A DNA stretch of 42,562 bases from Patescibacteria group bacterium (GCA_051747785.1 JBNJGN010000002.1:1-42562), one strand, 5' to 3'. Shown: positions 8,318 through 17,576, counted from the first letter of the stretch. Numbers and translations are program-made. Notes: generated from the letters alone by a model not told the origin.

Positions 8318-9925
8318 ATGAAAAAAATGATCTCCTATGCTAAAAGTCCTTATATTTGGGTTATTATTTTACTATTAGTGTTTTTAGTAGTTTGGACAAC
8401 TGATTCTAAAAAGGAGCTTGATATTGATATTGAAAAGGTGGACAGAAGAGATATTACCGAAGAGGTAAGTGGAACCGCTCGCGTGGCGGCCGATGAGGAA
8501 CTGGATCTATCTTTTGAAGTTTCGGGTGTGATAGATGAGATTTTTGTTGAAGAGGGGGATAAGGTCAGCTTAGGTGATCCGTTGGCGCGCCTAGACACCG
8601 ATATGCGTAAGTCTGAGGTTGAGAGTGCTGAGGCCAATCTCAGGTCTGTCAAAGCTAAAATGGATGAAATGGAGGCTGGTCTGACCAGGGAAGACAGGGA
8701 AGCGCTGGAGACAAAGGTTCAGTCCGCTCTTGTTTCCATGGAAAATGCCAAAAGTGCTCTTGAGGATGTAAAAGAGAGAGAGGATCGCAAAGTTAAAAAT
8801 GCTAAAGATTCATTATTAACCACTGATATTACCGCTAGGTTATTAAGTGAAGAGCGTTCCAGTTCTTATAGTTATGAGCCCCCAGTTATTAGCGGATCCT
8901 ACAAGGGGAATAAAATGGGTGAATACCGTATTACTCTTTATAAATCGCAAGCTGACAGTGGCTACTCTTTTCGTTACGAGACTGATCTGGAAACTGGTGG
9001 TAACGGTAGAGTTTCTACTATTACTCCTCAGCCTTTGGGGGATAACGGTTTATACATTCTTTTCCCCCCTAACTTTGCCAGAGGCCGTGATTTAGAGTGG
9101 TCGATAGAGATTCCTAATACGGACTCTCCTCGCTATCCGGGGCTTAAACAGGCTTATGAAAGTGCCATAGAGAGCAGGGAAATAGCCATAAGAGAGGCGA
9201 AAAGAGGGGTCAGGGAAGCCGAGTCGGCTTATGAGTCGGCTGTTTCGGATTTCAATGCTTCTGTTGCCGGAACGAGATCTGAAAAACTGGAGGCTCAAAG
9301 GGCGGCAGTTGAGCAAGCGCAGATAGCTCTAAGGAAGGCAAAAACCAATTTGGATAAGTCAACTTTAAGGGCGCCAATGTCTGGCACCGTTCATACCGAA
9401 CATCTGTCTTTGGGGGAAACAGTTTCCCCGGGGGTGCCGGTTTTCTCTTTTGTTACATCAGAGAAGCCTCATCTTACTGTATACATACCCGAGGTTGATG
9501 TAGCCAATCTTAGTGTTGGCGATACGGCTAGTGTGAGCCTGGACGCTTTTCGGGAAGAAGATTTTAAGGCGGAAGTAACTCATATTTCAAAGACTGCAAC
9601 GGAGCAAGAGGGCGTTGCCGCTTTTAAAACTCGTTTGGATTTTAAAGAACCTGATAAGCGTATAAGGGTAGGCATGACGGCGGATGTGGATATAGTAACC
9701 TCCAAAAAGGAGGATGTAATAGCGATACCTGCCAGGGGTCTTATTCGAAAGGGCGGGCAAGATCAGGTAAGGATCTTAAGTGATGGAAAGATGATCTACC
9801 GTGAAGTAGAAAGGGGGTTAAGAGGAAGTGATGGTTGGGTTGAGATAGTTTCGGGTCTTAAAGCGGGAGAGAGGGTTATTACTTATGCCGATGAAAAAGA
9901 CCTGGAAGATCTAACTTCCCGTTAA
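8318..9925 (+). CDS. Efflux-pump membrane fusion protein (HlyD/MacA-type periplasmic adaptor) with a large insertion in the coiled-coil hairpin
   Basis: N-terminal TM, a lipoyl-like half (VSGVIDEIFVEEGDKVSLGDPLARLD), two long helices, then LRAPMSGTVHTEHLSLGETVSPGVPVFSF and a beta-barrel tail. The ORF track begins at GTG 8309; ATG 8318 is preferred. Confidence 0.85.
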   Translation: MKKMISYAKSPYIWVIILLLVFLVVWTTDSKKELDIDIEKVDRRDITEEVSGTARVAADEELDLSFEVSGVIDEIFVEEGDKVSLGDPLARLDTDMRKSEVESAEANLRSVKAKMDEMEAGLTREDREALETKVQSALVSMENAKSALEDVKEREDRKVKNAKDSLLTTDITARLLSEERSSSYSYEPPVISGSYKGNKMGEYRITLYKSQADSGYSFRYETDLETGGNGRVSTITPQPLGDNGLYILFPPNFARGRDLEWSIEIPNTDSPRYPGLKQAYESAIESREIAIREAKRGVREAESAYESAVSDFNASVAGTRSEKLEAQRAAVEQAQIALRKAKTNLDKSTLRAPMSGTVHTEHLSLGETVSPGVPVFSFVTSEKPHLTVYIPEVDVANLSVGDTASVSLDAFREEDFKAEVTHISKTATEQEGVAAFKTRLDFKEPDKRIRVGMTADVDIVTSKKEDVIAIPARGLIRKGGQDQVRILSDGKMIYREVERGLRGSDGWVEIVSGLKAGERVITYADEKDLEDLTSR

Positions 9926-9945
9926 GATTAAGGATAGGTCAATTT

Positions 9946-10641
9946 ATGCTTATAGAAGTTAAAAATCTGTGTAAATCTTTCCAGACCGACGAAGTTATAA
10001 CTGAGGTTCTACACGGTATGTCCTTTTCGGTAGATAAAGGCGATTTTGTATCCATCAGAGGCTCATCAGGCTCCGGTAAGTCAACTCTTTTGCATATTTT
10101 GGGATTTCTGTCTATGCCGACTTCCGGTCATTATTTTTTCCAAAGCAAAGAGTTCAATGAGTACTCCGAAGAAGAGGTGGCAAAAATAAGGAACCGAGAG
10201 ATGGGTTTTGTCTTTCAGGCCTTTAATCTGCTGGGTCGGTCCAGTGTTTACGATAATGTTCGTCTGCCTTTACTTTACTCAGATCGTCCGGAAGGTGAGT
10301 GGGACGATAATATAAGAGAGGCGGTAGAAAAGGTTGGGCTGGAACACAGGATCAACTATCAAGCTCTTAAGCTTTCCGGTGGGGAAAAACAGCGTGTGGC
10401 TATCGCACGCGCTTTGGTAAACAGACCTAACATTATTTTTGCCGATGAACCTACTGGGAATCTTGATTCTGTTTCCGGTGGAGAGGTTATGAATACTCTT
10501 CGCCGTCTGCATAGTGAGATGGGACACACCATCGTGCTGATCACTCATGATGAATACACGGCCGGTTTTGCGAAAAGAGAGATAAAGATCAAGGATGGCA
10601 AGGTGGAAAGCGATACCATTTTGAATAAAAAGAATCACTGA
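9946..10641 (+). CDS. ABC transporter ATP-binding protein (MacB/LolD-type)
   Basis: Walker [10 protein letters not shown], signature [15 protein letters not shown], Walker [13 protein letters not shown]. Confidence 0.9.
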   Translation: MLIEVKNLCKSFQTDEVITEVLHGMSFSVDKGDFVSIRGSSGSGKSTLLHILGFLSMPTSGHYFFQSKEFNEYSEEEVAKIRNREMGFVFQAFNLLGRSSVYDNVRLPLLYSDRPEGEWDDNIREAVEKVGLEHRINYQALKLSGGEKQRVAIARALVNRPNIIFADEPTGNLDSVSGGEVMNTLRRLHSEMGHTIVLITHDEYTAGFAKREIKIKDGKVESDTILNKKNH

Positions 10642-10664
10642 CCTTTTTCATTTAGGCTACTAAT

Positions 10665-11906
10665 ATGAAATTGAAATTTTTAATAATCTCCGCCTTGTCT
10701 AATGTTGCGGCACATAAAGCCCGCTCTTTTTTGACTGTTTTGGGTATTATGATAGGCGTATCTGCCATAATTGCCGTAGTTTCTATAGGGGAGGGCGCGA
10801 CTGATTTGGTTATGGGAGAAATAGACCAGCTAGGGGCTAACACGATCGTTGCAGCTCCCGGGAACATGGAGAGTGGTTTTATGGATTACTTTTTTGTTGA
10901 GATGCTGGACATGGATGATCTCAATGCCTTGGAGAAACAAGCTAATGTTCCGGATCTAAAGGCCATAGCTCCGGCTGTGGTGGCGCCTGGGAAGGTTAGC
11001 TATATGGGGGAGAGCTATAGCGGGGCTATGACCATAGGGAGTAAGGCAGATTTCTTTACTGATACATATAATATGTTACTTGATAGTGGTGTTAACTTTA
11101 CTTCTACTGATATAGACAATAGAGAAAGAGTTGCCGTTATTGGCTCAAAAGTAAAAGAAGAACTTTTCGGCCAAGATGACCCTTTGGGAGAGAGAATAAC
11201 AATAGGTGAATCACGCTTTCGGGTTATAGGTGTTTATAGATCCAGGGGTAATGTTGGTCCTACAAATATGGATGAAGTTATCATAATTCCCTACACAGCA
11301 GCTCAGACATATATTACGGGTAGTAATGAGTTCCAGGAAGTTTATATCAAGATCAAGAACTCTGAAGATCTTGATAGGGCGGTAGTGGATGTAACTGCCA
11401 CATTAAGAGAAAGCAGAGGTATTCGTCCCGGGGAAAGTGATAATTTTTCGGTGATGACTCAAGAAGGAATACAGAAGATGATAGGTGATGTTATGAATAT
11501 TTTAAACGCTTTTCTTGTTTTTGTGGTTTCCATATCTCTTTTGGTTGGCGGGATAGGTATTATGAATATAATGCTGGTTACCGTAACGGAAAGAACTCGC
11601 GAGATAGGTCTCAGGAAGGCATTGGGAGCCACCCACAAAGCGATATTGGAGCAGTTCTTGTGGGAGGCCATTATTCTTACGGTCTTAGGTGGAGTGGCGG
11701 GTATCATTTTTGGTGTTCTGGTGTCTTTCGGAGCAAGTTTGGTTCTCTCGGAAGTATTGGCTTTTAGTTGGCCTTTCAGTTTCCCGTATCAGGCAGCAAT
11801 ATTGGGGGTGGGCATTTCTGCTTTGGTGGGCTTGGTGTTTGGCCTTTATCCAGCAAATCAAGCGGCTGATAAGGATCCCATAGAGGCTTTGCAGTATGAG
11901 AAGTAA
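10665..11906 (+). CDS. ABC transporter permease, MacB-like (MacB periplasmic domain plus FtsX 4-TM), paralog 1
   Basis: N-terminal HKARSFLTVLGIMIGVSAII, a large extracytoplasmic domain, and C-terminal LLVGGIGIMNIMLVTVTERTREIGLRKALGA. Confidence 0.9.
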   Translation: MKLKFLIISALSNVAAHKARSFLTVLGIMIGVSAIIAVVSIGEGATDLVMGEIDQLGANTIVAAPGNMESGFMDYFFVEMLDMDDLNALEKQANVPDLKAIAPAVVAPGKVSYMGESYSGAMTIGSKADFFTDTYNMLLDSGVNFTSTDIDNRERVAVIGSKVKEELFGQDDPLGERITIGESRFRVIGVYRSRGNVGPTNMDEVIIIPYTAAQTYITGSNEFQEVYIKIKNSEDLDRAVVDVTATLRESRGIRPGESDNFSVMTQEGIQKMIGDVMNILNAFLVFVVSISLLVGGIGIMNIMLVTVTERTREIGLRKALGATHKAILEQFLWEAIILTVLGGVAGIIFGVLVSFGASLVLSEVLAFSWPFSFPYQAAILGVGISALVGLVFGLYPANQAADKDPIEALQYEK

Positions 11907-11916
11907 TTTTAATTAA

Positions 11917-13158
11917 ATGAATTTAAAGTACACTTTAATTTCGGCTTTTAACTCCATATTGGCGCATAAGATGCGTTCTTTCTTGACCGTTTTGGGTATT
12001 TTGATAGGGGTTGCCTCTATTATTTCGGTTATGTCCATTGGCCAGGGTGCTACCGACCTTATAGTTTCGGAAATAGATCAGATGGGAGCGAGTACAGTGG
12101 TTGTTTTTCCTTCAACTGATGGCGGTGTGGATATGATGGAATCTTTCTATGCCGACCTTTTAACAGAAAGAGATCTAAGGGCGGTTAGGAGATCTGCTAA
12201 TGTACCTGATGTAGAGGAGGTTATGCCGGTGGTTACTGTTCCTGGGGATATACGGCATTATGATGAAGTGTATAGAGGCGCAATGATAATGGGGGCGTCG
12301 GCAGAGTTTTTTGGTAAGACCTTTAATGTAAGTCCACATAGGGGCGCGGATTTTAATGAATTTGATATTAACTCTCAGTCAAGGGTTGCCGTTATAGGTT
12401 CAAGGGTAAAGGAGGAACTTTTTGACCGATCTGATGCGGTAGGTGAGAGCGTGATGATAGGTGGTACCCGTTTTAGGGTTATGGGGGTGTATCCTCCTAT
12501 AGGTCAGAGAGGAATGTTTAATATTGATGATATCGTGGTTGTTCCTTACTCAACGGCACAAACCTATATCTTAGGGAGTAATGAGTTTGAACGTTTTATT
12601 GTCCGCGCTAATGATCCTTCCAATGTTGACAGGGTCGCTTTTGATATAACTGCTATATTAAGAGAGACGCGGAATGTGGGAGATAATGAAGATGACAATT
12701 TTACAGTTATGACCCAACAGAGTCTTCGTGATCAGATCGGAAATGTGATGGGTATTTTGACCGGCTTCATAGCTTTTATTGTCTCTATTGCACTTTTGGT
12801 TGGCGGGATAGGTATTATGAATATAATGCTGGTTTCCGTAACGGAAAGAACCCGTGAGATAGGTCTTAGGAAGGCGTTGGGAGCCACCCGTAAAGCCATA
12901 CTGGGACAGTTCTTGTGGGAAGCCATCATACTAACTCTCTGGGGAGGCATTCTCGGGATTTTCTTTGGTAGCATGATATCTTTTTCGGTATCACTTTTCC
13001 TCTCAAACTTTCTTGATCTTGACTGGGTCTTTTCATTCCCGTATGAAGCGGCAGCTTTAGGGGTTGGGGTGTCGGCTTTGGTTGGCTTGGTGTTTGGTCT
13101 TTACCCGGCTAAGAAGGCGGCTGATCTTAGTCCCGTAGAGGCTCTGCAGTACGAGTGA
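11917..13158 (+). CDS. ABC transporter permease, MacB-like, paralog 2 (tandem duplicate)
   Basis: Same length (413 aa) and collinear with the upstream permease. Same FtsX block LLVGGIGIMNIMLVSVTERTREIGLRKALGA. Confidence 0.9.
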   Translation: MNLKYTLISAFNSILAHKMRSFLTVLGILIGVASIISVMSIGQGATDLIVSEIDQMGASTVVVFPSTDGGVDMMESFYADLLTERDLRAVRRSANVPDVEEVMPVVTVPGDIRHYDEVYRGAMIMGASAEFFGKTFNVSPHRGADFNEFDINSQSRVAVIGSRVKEELFDRSDAVGESVMIGGTRFRVMGVYPPIGQRGMFNIDDIVVVPYSTAQTYILGSNEFERFIVRANDPSNVDRVAFDITAILRETRNVGDNEDDNFTVMTQQSLRDQIGNVMGILTGFIAFIVSIALLVGGIGIMNIMLVSVTERTREIGLRKALGATRKAILGQFLWEAIILTLWGGILGIFFGSMISFSVSLFLSNFLDLDWVFSFPYEAAALGVGVSALVGLVFGLYPAKKAADLSPVEALQYE

Positions 13159-13199
13159 TCTTTTCGTGATATACTTTTTAAGTACTTAAATAGAGACTT

Positions 13200-13706
13200 A
13201 TGAAAAGAGTTTTGACTCAAACATTCGGCGTAGCGGGGGCTATTATAGAGAGAGAGGGTAAGTTTCTTTTGGTAAAAGAAGCACACTCCGGATCGGATAA
13301 AGGCAAATGGAATCATCCGGCCGGATGGATAGACGTGGGTGAGTCACCTCTTAGAGCTGTTGAGAGAGAGGTTTTAGAGGAGACCGGTTTTTCTTTTCAG
13401 CCGAGAGGGGTCCTTGGAATTTATTCGCTGGTAAGGAATGATATCAAAGATGAAGAGGGTGTATTTCCTCATGCAGTAAAGATAATATTTATCGGCGATC
13501 TGTCCGATGAACCGGTTGGTGAGCTGGAAGAGGATGTATCTTCCGTTTTTTGGTTCTCTCCTGAGAAGATACTTGAAATGGATAAAGATGGTCTTCGCGA
13601 TGGAGATATAAAGATAATGGTCAAGGAGTATCTCTCGGGTAAAAATTTTCCTCTGAGTGTTTTGGTTCATACTAACTCGGAGGATTTTTGGCATCATAAT
13701 AATTAA
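13200..13706 (+). CDS. NUDIX hydrolase
   Basis: Nudix box GWIDVGESPLRAVEREVLEETGF. Confidence 0.85.
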   Translation: MKRVLTQTFGVAGAIIEREGKFLLVKEAHSGSDKGKWNHPAGWIDVGESPLRAVEREVLEETGFSFQPRGVLGIYSLVRNDIKDEEGVFPHAVKIIFIGDLSDEPVGELEEDVSSVFWFSPEKILEMDKDGLRDGDIKIMVKEYLSGKNFPLSVLVHTNSEDFWHHNN

Positions 13707-13710
13707 AAAA

Positions 13711-14394
13711 ATGAAAGCGGTAATATTGGCTGCGGGAAAAGGCGTTAAATTAAGGTCAAAAGGAGGTGAGATTCCTGCCTGTATGGTTAAGATAGGGAGT
13801 AGAACACTTTTGGACCATCACTTCTCTCAGTTGCCTGATGAGATAAAGGAAGTCGTTATAGTGGTTGGTCATCTAAAATCCAAGATAAAGGAGTATGTGG
13901 GAAAGGATATAAAAGGAAGGCCGGTTCAATACATTGAACAGAAAGAGCGATTAGGAACGGCTCATGCTTTATCAGTTTGCAAAAATATACTGGCAAATGA
14001 GAGGTTCATGGTTTTTATGGGTGACAATCTCTATCTTAAGGCCGATATGGAGAGATGCTTGGCTCATAAAACGTCCGTTCTGGTAAAAAGACTTGAAACT
14101 TCAGAGGGTTTTGGAGTTGTTGAGGAGAGGTCGGGCTTTATGGTTAATGCTCAAGACAGACCGAAAAGCAAAGCCGGTACTTTTATTGATTGCGGGCTCT
14201 ATGTTCTAGATAGCGGGATATTTGATTTCCCCATGACGCAATCTGAAGATGGCGACTTTCGGCTCTTACGGCAGGTGTCAGAGATGATCCCTTTTTACCG
14301 AATTAAGGTTGAAAAAGCGGGACTTTGGATGCCTAATGGTATGTTACAGGATATTAAAAAGGCCGATAAGCACATAAAAGATATATTCAAGTAG
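13711..14394 (+). CDS. Sugar-phosphate nucleotidyltransferase (NTP_transferase family)
   Basis: The canonical N-terminus MKAVILAAGKG begins at 13711, 4 nt after the NUDIX stop. LGTAHAL and GDNLY blocks are present. The 13657 start in the ORF track overlaps the upstream gene and is rejected. Confidence 0.8.
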   Translation: MKAVILAAGKGVKLRSKGGEIPACMVKIGSRTLLDHHFSQLPDEIKEVVIVVGHLKSKIKEYVGKDIKGRPVQYIEQKERLGTAHALSVCKNILANERFMVFMGDNLYLKADMERCLAHKTSVLVKRLETSEGFGVVEERSGFMVNAQDRPKSKAGTFIDCGLYVLDSGIFDFPMTQSEDGDFRLLRQVSEMIPFYRIKVEKAGLWMPNGMLQDIKKADKHIKDIFK

Positions 14395-14408
14395 ATTTAA
14401 AAAGAAAA

Positions 14409-14440
14409 CCCCACACTTTTGTAGATCCAAAAGTGTGGGG
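14409..14440. terminator. Intrinsic terminator hairpin between convergent genes (best fit for the minus-strand lipoprotein gene)
   Basis: ccccacacttttg (14409-14421), loop tagatc, caaaagtgtgggg (14428-14440), giving a 13-bp perfect stem. On the minus strand it is followed by TTTTCTTT. Confidence 0.7.
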
Positions 14441-14458
14441 GTGGAGGTTTTGTCGAGA

Positions 14459-14854
14459 TCACCACCCAGATCGGCCGCGATCGCGTGCGCGACGTTCAGC
14501 CTCGCGCTGACGATCGCGGTAGTACTGCGACCTTCCGCGGTGATAGGCGCCTTTGACTCCCGCGTTGCCTCGTTCGTAGTAGGGATCCCGTGAGTATCCT
14601 CGACGAGGCTCTCCGCGCCGCCGGTCGGATTGTTGGTAATACTTATCTTCTTCATTACCTAACATGTAACCGATTCCGGTTCCGATAAGGGCGCCGGTTA
14701 CGGCATCCCTATCGCTTCCATCACCCCAAGCCTTACCGGCTACGGCGCCGATGATGGCACCTTCCGTGGCGCGGTGCTGTGCGTAGTTCGCGCACCCGGT
14801 CATTGCCATCATTAAGACAACAGCGACTATAAAAACAACAGTCATTTTTTTCAT
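14459..14854 (-). CDS. Glycine-zipper lipoprotein with an Arg/Tyr/Gly-rich C-terminal tail
   Basis: Signal peptide plus lipobox MKKMTVVFIVAVVLMMAMTGC. Gly-zipper AIIGAVAGKAWG...GALIGTGIGYMLG. Canonical SD (minus strand AAAGGAGGTG; GGAGG is + strand 14861-14865) lies 6 nt before the ATG at 14854. The ORF-track start at 14932 is rejected. Confidence 0.75.
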   Translation of the reverse strand: MKKMTVVFIVAVVLMMAMTGCANYAQHRATEGAIIGAVAGKAWGDGSDRDAVTGALIGTGIGYMLGNEEDKYYQQSDRRRGEPRRGYSRDPYYERGNAGVKGAYHRGRSQYYRDRQREAERRARDRGRSGW

Positions 14855-14965
14855 GTGACACCTCCTTTTTATTAAAAGATCAGTACTTTCTAATTTTATT
14901 TTACAAACATTTAATCGTATTGTCAAATTCATCGTCTGAATTCAGAATGGAAGATGCAATCTTTA

Positions 14966-14974
14966 TGTTAGAAT
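14966..14974 (+). promoter_or_regulatory. Extended -10 box TGTTAGAAT, 6 nt upstream of ATG 14981
   Basis: TGnTAnnAT match. The geometry implies a leaderless nfo transcript. Confidence 0.4.
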
Positions 14975-14980
14975 GAGTTT

Positions 14981-15847
14981 ATGAAAATAGGAGCCCATAC
15001 ATCAACAGCCGGAGGTTATTCAGAAGCGGTAAAAAGAGTATCTCAAATAGGGGGAAACTGCTTGCAGATATTTTCTACTTCGCCCAGGAGTTGGAAGCCC
15101 GCCGATCCGGATGAAAAAGAGAAGGATAAATTTAAGGAGGCTATGGAAGATCACTCTGTTTCTCCTGTGTATTTCCATGCTTCTTATTTAGTAAATCTGG
15201 CCGGTTCAGAGGAGGTGCAAGAGAAGTCTGTCGGTGCTCTTGTTGCTGAACTGCAAGTCGCGGGAGATTTTGGTGTCAAAGGAACTACGGTTCATCTCGG
15301 CTCTTTTAAAAAGGGTAGATCACAAGATGGACAGAAGCCTCTATTTGAAGAAGACGAATCCGCCTATAAAGATCTTTTGGCTAACATAAAAGAGATATTA
15401 AAAGAAACTCCGGAAGAGACCCTTTTCATTATTGAAAATATGGGGACCCGTAAAATTGGGATGAGCTTGGAAGAGATCGCTTTTATAGTTGAAAAACTTA
15501 ACAGTTCTCGCGTGAGGGTCTGTTTGGATACCTGTCATCTTCATGCCGCGGGGGTGGATATATCTACAGCAGATCGGCTTGATAGTTTTCTGGGAAAGTT
15601 TGATGACCTTATGGGACTCTCAATGTTAGAGTTCTTTCATATAAATGATAGTAAAGATGACTTCGGTTCCTTACGGGATAGACATGAGAATATCGGTAAA
15701 GGAGAGATACCACAGAGTGTCTTTTCTCTGTTACTTAATCATTCTAAGACAAAAGATCTTCCATTTATAACTGAAGTACCGGGTTTTGAAGGTAAAGGTC
15801 CCGATAAAAAGAGCATTGATATTATAAAGGGTTTCTTGGAAAAGTAA
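14981..15847 (+). CDS. nfo: Deoxyribonuclease IV (AP endonuclease family 2)
   Basis: MKIGAHTSTAGG N-terminus, CLDTCHLHAAG and HINDS metal-ligand blocks typical of endonuclease IV. Confidence 0.9.
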   Translation: MKIGAHTSTAGGYSEAVKRVSQIGGNCLQIFSTSPRSWKPADPDEKEKDKFKEAMEDHSVSPVYFHASYLVNLAGSEEVQEKSVGALVAELQVAGDFGVKGTTVHLGSFKKGRSQDGQKPLFEEDESAYKDLLANIKEILKETPEETLFIIENMGTRKIGMSLEEIAFIVEKLNSSRVRVCLDTCHLHAAGVDISTADRLDSFLGKFDDLMGLSMLEFFHINDSKDDFGSLRDRHENIGKGEIPQSVFSLLLNHSKTKDLPFITEVPGFEGKGPDKKSIDIIKGFLEK

Positions 15848-15885
15848 GGTTCAATCCTTTGCTTCAAGGTAAATTTCACTGACTG

Positions 15886-15894
15886 TGTTAGTAT
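15886..15894 (+). promoter_or_regulatory. Extended -10-like box TGTTAGTAT, 8 nt upstream of ATG 15903
   Basis: TGnTAnnAT match immediately before the helicase gene. Confidence 0.4.
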
Positions 15895-15902
15895 GAATAA
15901 TT

Positions 15903-17576
15903 ATGAAACAGGCGGAAGCGCTTGATATTTTAAAAACGGGCAAAAATGTTTTCTTAACCGGTGAGCCCGGATCCGGTAAGACTTATGTCATAAATCAGTA
16001 TATTTCCTATCTTAAAAAGAGAGGGGTGGAGCCTGCAATCACTGCTTCTACCGGTATTGCGGCTACGCATATTGGTGGGTACACCCTCCATTCGTGGAGT
16101 GGTATAGGTATTAAGGATGAGATATCATCCTATGAACTTGATGCTTTAAATGAGAAAAAGCCTCTTGTGAAGAGAGTTAATGGTTCCGATGTTCTGATAA
16201 TAGATGAAGTTTCAATGTTGGACGGGAAAATACTGGATCTAGTAGATCGGGTCTTATGCGAATTAAGGAGAAGTGAAGAGCCGTTTGGGGGGATGCAGGT
16301 TGTTCTCTCCGGTGATTTTTTTCAGCTCCCGCCGGTTTCTCCTTCCGGAAGAACATTTGCTTTTGAGTCTTCTGTCTGGAGGAGGGCGCGTCCCGTAACC
16401 TGTTATTTGGATGAACAGTTTAGGCAGACTGATGAGAGTATGCATAAATTACTAAAAGCACTTAGAGCCGGTTCTCTAAAGGATGATCATCTGTGGCTGT
16501 TAAAAAGCCGTATTTGTGAAAAAGAAGAAGAGGTTTCTTATAGTGCCACCAAGCTTTTTTCGCACAATGTTGATGTGGACCGTATAAACGAAAGAGAGTT
16601 AGGTGAACTGAAAACAGAGAAGAAGGTCTTTGAAATGGAGACCAAAGGCAAGAAGGCCTTAGTGGAACAGTTAAAAAAAGGGTGTCTTTCTCCGGAGGTT
16701 CTTGTCCTAAAGGAGGGGGCGGTGGTGATGTGTACCAAAAATAATTTTGATAGAGGGTTCTCTAATGGAACGATAGGAACTGTTAAAGATTTTGAAAGGC
16801 ACACTCGCTATCCCATAATTGAAACCGTAGATGGACGTCGGGTAACCGTATCTGAAATGGAATGGGTAATTGAAGAGGAGGGTAAGATATTGGCAAGGAT
16901 CATACAGATACCTCTTCGGTTGGCTTGGGCTATAACGGTGCACAAAAGCCAAGGTGTCAGTTTGGATTCGGCAGTGGTAGATCTTACAAAGTCTTTTGAA
17001 TACGGCCAGGGTTATGTTGCTCTTTCCAGAGTAAGAACGCTGGAAGGTCTTTTCTGTTTGGGTTTTAATGATAAAGCTCTACAAGTGCATCCGAGCGTTT
17101 CTGAAATGGATAGGTGGTTCAAGAGTCACAGTGTGGCCATAGAAAAAAAGTTCACCTCTCTTAATGTTGATACGATAAAAGAAATGCACAGAAGGTCCAT
17201 TGTTTCCCTGGGGGGGAGTGAAAATGAAGTTAAAAGCTCAAATTCCAAAAAGAGCACAGAAAGGAAAATGAGTACCTATGATAAGACCGGTTCTTTACTG
17301 GAGGAGGCGAGTTCTTTAGAGGAGTTGGCTGAGTATAGAGGTCTTGCCGTCTCCACTGTTTTAGGTCATTTAGATAAGTTATCTCGCGAAGGACGTGTGC
17401 CGGAGTCCGCTCTTAAACGTTTTTGGAGAGCAAAGGGCAAAGGGGAAAAGGATTTGGAAGAGATACTGGAGGTATTTAGAACAACGGAAGAAGACAGGTT
17501 AAGTCCTGTTCGCAAAAAACTGAAAGGCAGGTTTGATTATGATGATCTTCGTTTGGCCAAGATGTTCCTTTATTGA
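15903..17576 (+). CDS. PIF1/RecD-like SF1 DNA helicase with a C-terminal helix-turn-helix extension
   Basis: Walker A LTGEPGSGKTY, Walker B LIIDEVSML, SGDFFQLPPV, and AWAITVHKSQGVSLD with GQGYVALSRV blocks. The C-terminus LEELAEYRGLAVSTVLGHLDKL is HTH-like. Confidence 0.85.
   Translation: MKQAEALDILKTGKNVFLTGEPGSGKTYVINQYISYLKKRGVEPAITASTGIAATHIGGYTLHSWSGIGIKDEISSYELDALNEKKPLVKRVNGSDVLIIDEVSMLDGKILDLVDRVLCELRRSEEPFGGMQVVLSGDFFQLPPVSPSGRTFAFESSVWRRARPVTCYLDEQFRQTDESMHKLLKALRAGSLKDDHLWLLKSRICEKEEEVSYSATKLFSHNVDVDRINERELGELKTEKKVFEMETKGKKALVEQLKKGCLSPEVLVLKEGAVVMCTKNNFDRGFSNGTIGTVKDFERHTRYPIIETVDGRRVTVSEMEWVIEEEGKILARIIQIPLRLAWAITVHKSQGVSLDSAVVDLTKSFEYGQGYVALSRVRTLEGLFCLGFNDKALQVHPSVSEMDRWFKSHSVAIEKKFTSLNVDTIKEMHRRSIVSLGGSENEVKSSNSKKSTERKMSTYDKTGSLLEEASSLEELAEYRGLAVSTVLGHLDKLSREGRVPESALKRFWRAKGKGEKDLEEILEVFRTTEEDRLSPVRKKLKGRFDYDDLRLAKMFLY

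Noticed and set aside
13657-13710. A 5' extension of the nucleotidyltransferase ORF (MFWFILTRRIFGIIIIKK...).
   Set aside because: It overlaps the last 50 nt of the NUDIX gene. The canonical MKAVILAAGKG N-terminus starts at ATG 13711, 4 nt after the NUDIX stop.
14477-14484. A GCGATCGC palindrome (cyanobacterial HIP1-like) in the GC-rich lipoprotein gene, as a clue to donor lineage.
   Set aside because: There is only one exact copy, plus one partial copy (cgatcgcg at 14511-14518). That is too few to say anything about origin.
14344-14655. A 103-aa minus-strand ORF overlapping the lipoprotein gene in another frame.
   Set aside because: GC-rich DNA keeps extra frames open. The overlapping frame, with SD, signal peptide, lipobox and Gly-zipper, is clearly the real one.
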